Program-made: the position numbers and the translations under genes
The notes under the pieces: model-generated
Told to the model about the DNA's origin: nothing
The model's input: the letters and a program-made list of their open reading frames with translations, nothing else
Databases searched by the model: none
Assembly: GCF_000143415.4 (NCBI RefSeq)
Contig: NW_003314291.1
Location: 1,592,517 to 1,656,516, forward strand
Direction: 5' to 3'
Source: Selaginella moellendorffii
Taxonomy: Eukaryota; Plantae; Lycopodiophyta
DNA: 64,000 nt
Shown: positions 13,594 to 25,700 of the stretch, piece after piece
Layout: each line of letters opens with the position of its first letter
Position numbering within the stretch: the first letter of the stretch is position 1

Positions 13594-14916
13594 ATGAAAA
13601 AGCATGACTACCCATTTGGAGACACAAGCTGTACAAGATATGAGGATTGCCTTTTGTGTGGTTTCAAAAATTGTGCAAAACCATACAAGCAATGTTATCC
13701 AAAATGGCAATGCGACACTTGCAAGCAAGCAAAAGCAAGACTCCGAATCAGGGATGAAAATGCCACAGTGGAGGAGAGAAGAAAACAAGAAGAAATAACC
13801 CAAGAAAACGACACCAAAAAGAGAGATGATAGTTTAGAACAAGCAGCGAAACAAAGCTTTAGCTGCTTACGAAAACTTCAAGAAACAATTTTGCGACTCT
13901 TCTACAAATTGTCTAGCAAATAGGAAGAATGCAAAAATGTGAAAGAAAAATATGTTTACTTCGATTTCTTTGCAACTCGAAGAACTCTGACTTGGGTGTA
14001 TCGCGGACACCTCTTTCAACAAACAATTGTCGAATTCCTAAGCATACACAAACATGAAACTTTTCAACCATTAACGCTTGCTTTCAACATTGATTTGACA
14101 AGAGTCATAGCAGCAACAGAGTGTGGAACCTTTGAACCACAGGTTTGTTGGTTTGTGGACACTCTTAGATTTAGAGATTTCGAAGAGAATGCGGAATTAC
14201 TTTACCGACTTCTTCAAAGTCCTCTTCATGTAACACTACCAACAAGCACTCTTATTGAACTATATACTATAGCATATTGGCACTGTTTAGGATGGATGAG
14301 AATAGCTGGAGAATTAAGAAATCAAGGACAAAGCCATCAACAAATTCAAATTCGGAATTCGAGTTTAAGAAATCGACGGGAACCTGAACTTGAGTCAAGT
14401 TCAAGGGAACGACTTGTAAACTCAAGGATAACAAGTTGAAGGAGGAGAAATTTAAGACAAAATCACAATGGGCCAAAATTAAATATAGTAACAAACTTCA
14501 ACTTTGACACTGAGGTCCAACGTCGAAACCCCAGCCTAGAGCTACATATCACTCGCAACCAACAAAGAAGAGTGCGTCCAAGCAGTCTCTATATTTTAAG
14601 AAGTATTTTAGGAGATCCTGCATCAAGATTTCAAACTTATAATGCAAGAGTATTAATTGAGACTATCCCTTGGGAAGTTCGTGAAGCGATCGACTCTGAT
14701 CGTGAAAGAGAACATGCTATATGACAGAGGGAAGTAGAACACCACCGGCAAGAACAGCATCAGGGAAATGCACCATCACGAAATCGACCATAGAGAAAAG
14801 CGCGCTGGATTAATTCGCGCACACATAGGCTGAAAGCAACAAGAATCTGTTGGAAACTATACTGTGACGTGTGGACGTCATTAGAGACTAGAAACATACG
14901 AGAATTAGGACATTAA
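13594..14916 (+). pseudogene. Extra ORF upstream of gag (about 440 codons, Cys-rich N-terminus), function unknown
   Basis: ORFs 13594-13923 and 13939-14439 and the sequence to the TAA at 14914 share one frame, broken only by four TAG/TGA stops. Confidence 0.6.
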
Positions 14917-15454
14917 AAATACAACCATTGCTGTAATTAGCATTTTCAAATATTACCAACGACTGAGAAACACAAAAGCTCATAGTGAGAGCTCGCATTC
15001 CAAAACAACCAACACATTGTAAGAGATTAAAACAATTGTTCAAGATTGGACTACTAGAAAGAATTGCAATCTTTTGCATATCTTGCACCCGAAGTTGGTG
15101 AGCAGTATCCAAATTTACTAGCGAACAGCTATTTCGATCAATTTATGACACAACCAACCTCCTTCCACAAACAAAATCGTACTTATTTACACCACCAGAT
15201 TTTTCAAATACAAGACCTTTCCTAAGCTAGACTCAGGAAAGTGACCTTGAGAAGAAAATCGGGAAGAATCGAGAAAGAAAAACTCGATTGAAGATTCAAG
15301 ACACAAGAGCTTGACTTCGCAACAAAACCAAACTTGCAGAAAACTCAAGATGTAAGAGCTTGACTTTGCAATCTATGAAGAACAACATTTGACTCCAGAC
15401 AACTTAGGCAAAACATTACCTCAACATTCAAGTTGAGAAGACTCAACAAACTGA

Positions 15455-17088
15455 ATGTACAAACATAAACCAGACCCAATCAAGATCCGAGAAAGAGATC
15501 TTCGACAAAAGAATCGAGAAGTGAAAAAGGAAGAGATAGAAAAAGAGAAACTAGAACAACAACAGCAACAAATTTTAGAAACGATATTAGAGAAGTATGA
15601 CAAGGAGGATAAAGAAATTCAAGTTGCCGAGTCGAGCAACTGAGCCAAAGATAACAAAGAACTAAATAGTGAAGACGCCCCAAAGTTTGAGGCATTTGAA
15701 GAAGCCGAATACATAGTACCAAAGTTTTACTCNNNNNNNNNNNNNNNNNNNNNNNNNNNNNNNNNNNNNNNNNNNNNNNNNNNNNNNNNNNNNNNNNNNN
15801 NNNNNNNNNNNNNNNNNNNNNNNNNNNNNNNNNNNNNNNNNNNNNNNNNNNNNNNNNNNNNNNNNNNNNNNNNNNNNNNNNNNNNNNNNNNNNNNNNNNN
15901 NNNNNNNNNNNNGGAAATGCATCGGGAAATACTTTTCCCATACACACTTAAGGGAAAAGCACTCGATTGGCATAATACACTCAATGATGCTTTGACCCAT
16001 GATGAAAAGGTCACACAATTCAAGGAGCAATTCCAGACCGGTGGAACTCCAAAAGAACACTATGAGATCATCAAAAACTTCAAGCAAAAATCACGTGAAG
16101 GAATTCAAGCTACACTCAAAGATTTAAATTTCATGCAAAGCGCTGCAAGGATTTGATAACAGATAAAGGAAAGAGCTTATCCTATATCCAAGGACTAAAA
16201 GAAATCTATAGAAATATGGTAGCAATTGCTACTGCAACAGAGAATCCAGATGATGAAAGTGTTGATACACTCTCCAAAGAAATCCTCACATTGGAAAAGC
16301 GATTTAAGCAATTCACAAAAGCTATACCTTCACAAACCGATGACAGTTTAGATGATGAAGAAGAGGAAGAAATACGCATTAACACAAAAAAGAAAACACC
16401 AAAAGACCAAGACTTGAAGGATATAATCAAGAAAATCTCACAAACCGAACTCAAAGCAGGAGTGTGGTGTACAAAGTGTAAAAACAAGGGACATACATAT
16501 TCAGAATGCAAATTACAGCTTCCAAAGTGTCAAATTTGTGAAAGAGAAGGCCATACAGCCAAGAAATGCCGATACAGGAATACAATGGAAGTTTCAAGAA
16601 TCGAGAATGCTCCTCGTCAAGAGCCCAATCCTCAATATCAAGGAAACTGGAATCAAAATGCGTGACCACCACGAAATCAACCTCCAAGATATAACAATTA
16701 TTATCAACGTGATGATAATTTGTATAATCAAAGACAAAACTATTACCAGCGAGACAATAGCAACTACAATAGAATACCCCCTCAAGATCAAAGACCAAAC
16801 AACTATACTGGAAATTATGGAAGAAACTACAATACATATCAGCAACGTGATGGACCTCATGACAACTATCAACGTCCTCCCCCACGAAATTACAATTATG
16901 ATCAAGAACCATATCGGAATTATAATCAAAGACCACCCCAAGCTCAAGGTTACAATTACAACCAGCAACCTGCACCGCAGCAAGATAATCGTCCTTGACA
17001 ACCTTACCAAAATGCAAATCGCGAAAATAACCAAGGAGTAAACAATCAGGCTCTGAGGCCAAGACCACCAGCAGCATGGAATGTTGAG
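15455..17088 (+). pseudogene. gag: gag with two zinc knuckles and an N/Y/Q-rich tail
   Basis: LFPYTLKGKALDW and CTKCKNKGHTYSEC...CQICEREGHTAKKC. Spans an N gap. Confidence 0.8.
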
Positions 17089-20000
17089 GTGGAAATTGAC
17101 AAACCACAAACTTTTGAAGAACCAGCAATACGAACTATCACGAGACAACAATACAAGCAACTAGATAATTTGGAAGAACAAGATTACAATGATGAAGTTG
17201 AAATTATCCCAGAAACCGAATGGAAGAAAAACAAGAAAATACTTCAAGCAATTCAGGCTGAATTGCAGGAACAAGAACCACAGGTCATTGAAGACCATGA
17301 CAAACCATCCAACGATCAACAAACAACAAGTTTCTCTGAAGAAGAGCACACCTCACTTGCAGAACAAATCCTGCAACACGGAATCACATTAACCTTACAA
17401 CAAATACTTCAAATAGCACCATATCTTAAGAGCCAAATACTTAAGATTTGTTGTCCACAAATTCTTGATGCTTGCACTCAAGAAAAGCAATTTCCATCTA
17501 AATTTGAGAAAGAGGATAATGTAAAAATCCAACCTGGAGATTACGATGATAATGTACCTTGTATTGACCTCAACATAGGCAAGAATCAAATCAATGGGGC
17601 AATACTCGATGGAGGCTCGGGCGTGAATATAATTGAGCATGGTATATGTAAAGCAATGGGACTTGGACCCATACAACCTGCTCCCTTCAATGTCCACATG
17701 GCAGACCAACATGTTGTAAGACCAGCTGGCATAATACGAGATATCACCATTGGAATCAAAGGACACAAGTTCAAGATCAACTTCGTGGTATTAAAAATGC
17801 CAATTGAAGAATCCTCTTACGAACTCTTGCTTGGAAGACCATGGCTAAACAAAGTAGTTTATGCTCAATATTGGATGGACCATGAAATTTGTATACAATT
17901 AGACAAAGGACAAACGAAAATAGCTACAACTACAACCAGGAAAATTCTAAAAAGATTTCAACCAATTCAAGCCCAAGAATACAATTGGCAAGAAGGCTTG
18001 GACGACCTTGAAGAAGCCAAACTCCTTGAAGCTTACCCAGAGCTACGAGCTTTTCAAGAAATCGATTTACACTATGTACTACCAGTATAGGCTCAAGACC
18101 AGCACCACGACTTAAACTCGATGGACCAACCACTCTACTCTACAAAGCTACACGCTCAAAATCAACAAAGATTAAAGATAAAACAACAAAACGAGAAGCC
18201 AACTCTCAAGCCTGACAAAGAGTTCATCGGATGGGACCAAGTCAAAGATCGAGNNNNNNNNNNNNNNNNNNNNNNNNNNNNNNNNNNNNNNNNNNNNNNN
18301 NNNNNNNNNNNNNNNNNNNNNNNNNNNNNNNNNNNNNNNNNNNNNNNNNNNNNNNNNNNNNNNNNNNNNNNNNNNNNNNNNNNNNNNNNNNNNNNNNNNN
18401 NNNNNNNNNNNNNNNNNNNNNNNNNNNNNNNNNNNNNNNNNNNNNNNNNNNNNNNNNNNNNNNNNNNNNNNNNNNNNNNNNNNNNNNNNNNNNNNNNNNN
18501 NNNNNNNNNNNNNNNNNNNNNNNNNNNNNNNNNNNNNNNNNNNNNNNNNNNNNNNNNNNNNNNNNNNNNNNNNNNNNNNNNNNNNNNNNNNNNNNNNNNN
18601 NNNNNNNNNNNNNNNNNNNNNNNNNNNNNNNNNNNNNNNNNNNNNNNNNNNNNNNNNNNNNNNNNNNNNNNNNNNNNNNNNNNNNNNNNNNNNNNNNNNN
18701 NNNNNNNNNNNNNNNNNNNNNNNNNNNNNNNNNNNNNNNNNNNNNNNNNNNNNNNNNNNNNNNNNNNNNNNNNNNNNNNNNNNNNNNNNNNNNNNNNNNN
18801 NNNNNNNNNNNNNNNNNNNNNNNNNNNNNNNNNNNNNNNNNNNNNNNNNNNNNNNNNNNNNNNNNNNNNNNNNNNNNNNNNNNNNNNNNNNNNNNNNNNN
18901 NNNNNNNNNNNNNNNNNNNNNNNNNNNNNNNNNNNNNNNNNNNNNNNNNNNNNNNNNNNNNNNNNNNNNNNNNNNNNNNNNNNNNNNNNNNNNNNNNNNN
19001 NNNNNNNNNNNNNNNNNNNNNNNNNNNNNNNNNNNNNNNNNNNNNNNNNNNNNNNNNNNNNNNNNNNNNNNNNNNNNNNNNNNNNNNNNNNNNNNNNNNN
19101 NNNNNNNNNNNNNNNNNNNNNNNNNNNNNNNNNNNNNNNNNNNNNNNNNNNNNNNNNNNNNNNNNNNNNNNNNNNACCAAGTAGGAGCTGGTACCATAGG
19201 CGAGAACCTTGGCAAGGGACCTTGAAGAAGCCAAACTCCTTGAAGCTTACCCGGAGCTAAGAGCTTTTCAAGAAATCGATATACACTATGTACTACCAGT
19301 ATAGGCTCAAGACCAGCACCACGACTTAAACTCGATGGACCAACCACTCTACTCTACAAAGCTACACGCTCAAAATCAACAAAGATTAAAGATAAAACAA
19401 CAAAACGAGAAGCCAACTCTCAAGCCTGAACAATTACAATCTAAAGAATACAATATTCAGATTGATGATAATCCAGCCCTACAAACTAGAAATGACGACT
19501 TTACACCCCGAATTAACCTCAATGAAGAAACTGAAGAACTCAATCTCGGACTTCAAGAAGATCCACACAACATAATCATTGCTGCAAATCTTGACAAAAA
19601 CTTCAAGATCAAAGCTCAACAATTACTCATAACCTACAAGGACATTTTTGCCTGGTCATACAAAGATCTCAGGGGAATACCACCGGAACTATGTACACAT
19701 CGCATAAAGTTGCTACTAGGAACTCGACCAATTAAGCAAACAGCTTATCACATGAACCCAAACTTTGCTGATAAAGTCAAAACAGAACTCAACAAATTAT
19801 AAAATGCTAGATTTATTTACCCCATCAAGAATGCACAATGGTTGTCACCATTGGTTATCGTCCCGAAAAAGAACGGCAAATTGCGAATTTGTGTCAATTA
19901 CAAAAAGTTGAACGATGTGACGGAAAAAGACTCATTTCCCATACCATTCTCAGACGAGATACTCGACGCAGTTGCAGGACATGAGATGTACTCGTTCCTC

Positions 20001-21205
20001 GACGGATTTTCGGGATATAATCAAGTTCACATAGCGCCCGAAGATCAATACAAGACTGCCTTCATAAGTCCATGGGGCGCATATGCATACTCCCGAATGC
20101 CATTCAGATTAACGAATGCACCATTTACTTTTCAACGGATAATTACCGACACCTTTCAAGAATACTTGACTGATTTTATGCACGACTTCATGGATGACTT
20201 CAGCATTTTTGGAGCAAAAGAAAAACAGCTTGAATACTTAGAAAAGTGTTTCATTAAATGTCGACAAAACCAAGTTGCACTTAATCCAAAAAAGTGTATT
20301 TTCTTTGTCAAATCAGGAATATTCCTTGGCCATGTCGTTTGTAAAGACGGAATTCTCATTGACAAAGCAAAAACAGAGGTTATCGTCAAAATGACTCCAC
20401 CCATGGATTTAAGTTTGCGAAGATTTCTCGGAAAAATGGGTTACCATAGACGTTTTATTCAAGACTATGCAAAGATTGCTAAACCGCTCACAGAGCTACT
20501 GAAGAAATCTCAAGTTTACGCATGGACACAAGATTGCCAATTGGCCTTTGACACACTTAAGGATAAGCTTACAAAAGCCCCCATACTGGTTCAACCAGAT
20601 TGGACATAGGAATTCATTGTACAAGTACATGCATCTGATTATGCACTTGGAGCTATACTTTGCCAGAGAAAAGCTGATAATAGAGACCATCCAATATACT
20701 ATGCAAGCCGCAGACTTTCCCCGCCAGAGATGAACTATACAACCACAGAAAAAGAGGTATTAGGAATGGTCTATGCACTCACCAAATTTCGACATTACCT
20801 CCTTTCAAACAAAGTCAAGATCATGGTTGATCACCAAGTGCTCTTACACTTACTCAACAAGACAATACTCACTGGAAGAATCGCGAGATGGTTTCTTCTA
20901 CTTCAAGAATTCAACTTTGAGATTATTCACAAGCCAGGCAAACAACATACACAGGCTGATCATCTTAGTCGATTTACCACAGGGGAACAAGTCACGAAAA
21001 CTAACGATGACTTACCTGATTCACAACTTTTTAAGGTCACAACTCAAGGCATGCTCCAAGATATTTACAAGTTCTTGACGACAACCAAGATTCCAAATCA
21101 CTACTTCACAAATGATCAAAGAAAACAATTCGTCTTGAGGACACGACGATATTCAGTCGTGGGAGGCAAACTATATAAGCTTGGACATAACAACATCTTG
21201 AGTAG
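17089..21205 (+). pseudogene. pol: pol (protease, RT, RNase H), truncated before the integrase core
   Basis: AILDGGSGVNI; SPLVIVPKKNGKLRICVNY...LDGFSGYNQ...FMDDF; NYTTTEKEVLGMVYAL..FRHYL. Confidence 0.9.
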
Positions 21206-22737
21206 GAAAATGCAAGGCTCAACAAGGAGCTGCTCGCAACAAAAGAAAGAATTCATGCACTCGAGGAAGCAGCTCAGACTTATGAAGAGGAGGAAGAGGA
21301 GGAGGAACCACATGAGGGAACGACTACCCATGATGCAGCGATGGAGCAGTGACTGCGGGACGTAGCACAAGGCAGTCGTGGGAGAGTGGGGAAGGGAGAA
21401 AAAGAAAAGCTCAAGGATTCAAGCTTAAGAAAGTAAACTTGAAAGGTTCAAGGTTAGGATTGTATTAATACAAAATATATTGCAATACATTGTCATTCTG
21501 CCTATCTCTTTGGCTCTTCATGGCAATGGCAATGTCTTACTTACCCACCGCCTTCAAGGGATCAAAGGCGTGGGACTAGCACCTTCAAGCACATGTTCAC
21601 AGTCTCTACTTGGTTTGGCACAAGCAAGTAAGTGCATTCTTCTCGTAGTGTAGTTTTAGATTTAGGGACTAGTTTAGATTTGAAACTCCTAGGAAGATCT
21701 TGTGTGGATGTTTCCCTCCCAGTTTAGAGATTTCAGGAGTTTTCACTTGCACTTGCTAGTATCAAGAACCCCCATGTATTGAGACTAGTCCCTCAATATC
21801 GCTAGATGATAGCTTACCATGTCTACCAAACACTGTCGCTATCATGCCCTTTATGTTAGTCCCATTTCGGACCTAAATGCTATTTATGGAAAGTGTCTAG
21901 ATTTGCTCATATGGCATGTCTATGGAATGTAGAGATCGGCCTGAACACAATGGTGTTCGTCTCGTGTCCAAATTCGCAATCTAACACCATTCCATATAGA
22001 AGGGGCTGTGGGGGGTTCCAAATGTATAGTAGGGATAGTGGGTAGGTCGGGCATGGCCGACCAACCTGAGGCATAGTTTAGCTCTTGCTTGCGTGCCTAT
22101 CCTTGTTTTGCATCCGGCTTGGGTTTAAGCCCAAGTTCCATTCCATGCTAGCTGGTGGAGTATCCATGTCCTCACGTTAGGCCACCGGTATGCCAAAATA
22201 GTGCCAGACTCTATTTGGCTCCGTTTTGCATGCTGGTCCTAGCATTGGGATGGTGGTTGCTCTAGAACTGTTCTAAGTCGCTCCGGGCTCTTGTCCCTTC
22301 ACTCCTTGGGCTGTATGCTCGAGAGTTGCTCCGTGGTTCGGTTTCGACACTCCTTGGCTTCATGTTTGGGAGTTTGGCACTGTTCCTTCGTTCAATGGCC
22401 CAAGGCCTTGAACCTTAGGTTCCACACCACTGTCCTTTGGACACATGGCATATGACATGTGGCATGTGTCACATGGCATAAAGAGGGTTTAGGTTCCACT
22501 TCGTGGTGTTATCCTATGGTAAATCACCATAGGATAAAGGGTCAAAACCACGTGTGCTACATTTAGTATCAGAGCTTCATGCTTGTGATTTCCTGGAGAA
22601 TACGCAAGATAAGCTTAAGTTGGCAAAGTTGAATATGAGGCAAGCTCAAGATCGAGACAAAAGATTGCCTAATGAGCATTGTCGTCATCAAGAGTACAAA
22701 GTTGGTCATAAAGTTTTCTTTAAGCTGTCAAATGCAC

Positions 22738-25700
22738 TGTTATGATCCGGCGCAAAAAGACAAAGATCTCGTTGCCCTAGACTATGCTACGCCACCTCTT
22801 GAGGTTCCTCACCACCCAACCACCCCCGAGCTACCTCAAAAGCTCCACTGCGCCGCCGCTCCACTGTGAGCCCTAGGGTAGGTTAAGTCCCTTACCCTAA
22901 CATGCCTTAATATACCCTTGAGCCTCCCTTTGACCGACGTTGACCACGTAGTCAAAACTGGCGCCTAACAATTCTTCCCCCCCAACAAAGTCCTTGTCCC
23001 AAGGACGAGTTGTACCGGTGATCACCCTTTCTGGGGAATCCTGCTCAAGCTCCTGGTCCATCTTCCACAGCCGTATACATCAAGGAGGCATTGGGCCCGT
23101 CACTCCGAGATAGTACACCTTTCAACTGGCTGACATAAAATACCGGATGAATTTTCACCCCAGCTGGCAGCCGCACCCGATAAGCCGCTTTACCAATGCG
23201 CTCCAGCACTTCATATGGACCAGCATATCGATGGGAGAGTTTATCACTCTTCCCTATCCGTAAAGGCACCAAGGTGTTCCGCCGCTCACTTGACGGAAAG
23301 ATCACTCGCACGAAGACGAGATCACCCACCTTATATTCCCGGAATTGGCGATGCTCATTAGCAAACTTCTCCGCTCTATCCTGAGCTGCTTGCAAATTCC
23401 GTTTGCATACCACCAGAATCTCATCAAGTTCTGTGGCCAGATCAGTTGCCTCGGAATCAAGCTTTTCTTGAACGTCCTTACTCAAATGCAATCCCAACTC
23501 CACCGCTGTTCGAGGATGCCTTCCAAACATCGCAAAGTAAGGACTTAGCTTGGTTCCACTGTGTTGGCTATTGTTGTAAGCAAATTGCACCAACGGAAGA
23601 TATAAATCCCACTGTCCTTGCCTTTGACCAATGCTACAACGTAGCATATCCTCCACCACCTGATTCACACGCTCAGTTTGCCCATCCATCTGAGGATGAT
23701 CTCCACTCGAGAGTTTCAAAGTCACTTGCATAGCCTTTGCAAAGCTTTTCCAAAATCCACTGGTGAACTTTGAATCTCGATCACTAATGATGTCCTCCGG
23801 CAAACCAAAATCAGGAAAAACCTTCTCCAAGTAAACCGCAGCCAAGTCTGAGGCAGTGACAGTCTTCCGAAGAGCCAACAACCGCACATACTTCGTCAAC
23901 CGATCTACTATGACCCATACTTGCTCCTTTTGCCTCTGTGTTCGTGGCAAACAAGTGATGAAGTCCATAGAGATACTACACCAACGGCTCTGAGGAATAG
24001 GTAAAGGTTGCAAAAGTCCCCCCGGCTTCTCCCGTGGCACCTTAACCCGCTGACAAAGCTCGCATGATTTACAATACTTGAGGATATCAGCCTTCATATT
24101 CCTCCAATAAAAGTTGCGCTTAATCAACTCATACGTCTTCTTCCCCCCAAAATGACCGGCCTCTGGACGATCATGATAGTGGAATAAAACTTGAGTAATT
24201 AACGCATCCACCCGTGGCAAATAGACACGGCCATTGTAGTAGAGAATCCCATCCACCAATGAGAAAGGAGCTTCCATCTGGTCTCGCAAAGAGGCCACCT
24301 CAGCATCCTGAGCCTGAGCATGCTCAACCAACTGCCCAAACTCGCTGACCACCTTACTCAAATGATGACAAAATCGTGTTCGTAACATCGTCACATGACG
24401 AACACGAGATAAAGCATCCGCCACCACATTTGATTTTCCCGGACGATGCTCAATAGGAAACTCCCCAAACTCCATGAGTTTGACCATCCAACGAGCTTGC
24501 CTAGTGTTCAACTCCTTCTGTGTGAAAAGATACACAAGTGGTTTGTGATCTGTCAACACCACGAACACTGCACCATAAAGATAGTGCCGCCACGTCCGCA
24601 AAGCATGAACAATAGAGAGTAACTCTTGCTCATATGTGGAATAGCGTTGCTCCGTGGAATTCAAAGTTCGACTCTCATATGCAATAGGCTGTCCCTCTTG
24701 CATGAGAACTCCTCCCAGTGCATAACCACTCGCATCGCATGTCACCTCGTAAGGTTTCGATGGATCAGCAATGCGAAGCACTGGAGCCTTGATCAACAAT
24801 CGTTTCAGCGCCACAAAACTCTCCTCTTGTGGCGTCTTCCACTCGAATGGCACATTCTTGCGTAACAACCGCGTCAATGGAATAGCCACCTCTGCAAACT
24901 TATGCTGGAAACATCGGTAGTAACTAGCCATACCAAGAAAACTGCGCAACTCGGCCACTGTAGTCGGTGTAGGCCAGTTTTCCACCACAGCCACCTTCCT
25001 TGGATCCGTCTTGACACCCTTAGATGTCACAATATGGCCTAGATATTCCACCTCCGACTTTGCAAATTCACATTTGCTCTTCTTCGCATAAAGTTTGCTG
25101 TCTCGAAGTAACAAAAGAACCTTGCGCAAATGCACCCTATGCTCCTCCATATTCTTGCTAAAAACAAGAATATCGTCCAAGAAAATCTCCACAAACTCAT
25201 GAAGATAACGCCCAAAGACCTCCGTCATCAACCGAGTAAATGTGGCCGGTGCATTCGTCAAACCAAATGGCATAACTGTAAACTCAAAATGTCCGAAGCT
25301 TGTGTTGAATGCCGTCTTGGAGATAGATGCATCATCCATTGCAATCTGATGATATCCACTCCTCAGATCAATCTTGGTAAACACTCGTGCTTCACCAAGC
25401 TTGTCTAGGATATCATCCACACGTGGCATCGGCATCTTGTCCTTCACTGTCTTCTTGTTTAAAGCACGGTAGTCAATACACATCCGCATTGAACCGTCCT
25501 TCTTCTTCACAAGCAAGACCGGAGCACCAAACGGAGACTTACTTGGCTGAATAAATCCAAACTCAAGTAACTCCTTGACTTGTCGCTGAACTTCTTGCTC
25601 CTCCGCATAACTTAACCGAAATGGACGCCGGTAAATTGGCCGCGTCCCCGGCTCCAATGTAATTCCATGCTCCACACCTCGTAATGGAGGCAATCCATGA

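Larger units (their letters stand above)
9961..21745 (+). mobile_element. Non-chromovirus Ty3/Gypsy retrotransposon (Athila/Tat-side) with an extra 5' ORF and most of the integrase deleted
   Basis: 5' LTR 9961-13213 (split by the hAT element) matches 3' LTR 21387-21745. TSD CTTGC lies at 9956-9960 and 21746-21750. PBS follows 13213. Confidence 0.9.
9715..22561 (+). mobile_element. Older LTR of about 1.06 kb (9715-9960 plus 21751-22561), split by the 9961-21745 insertion
   Basis: It starts TGTTGCA after a purine tract (9703-9714) and ends TGCTACA, followed by the PBS-like TAGTATCAGAGC (22564-22575). Confidence 0.6.

Noticed and set aside
18121-19347. Long ORFs spanning N runs (also 15480-16087)
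   Set aside because: They are assembly gaps translated as X.
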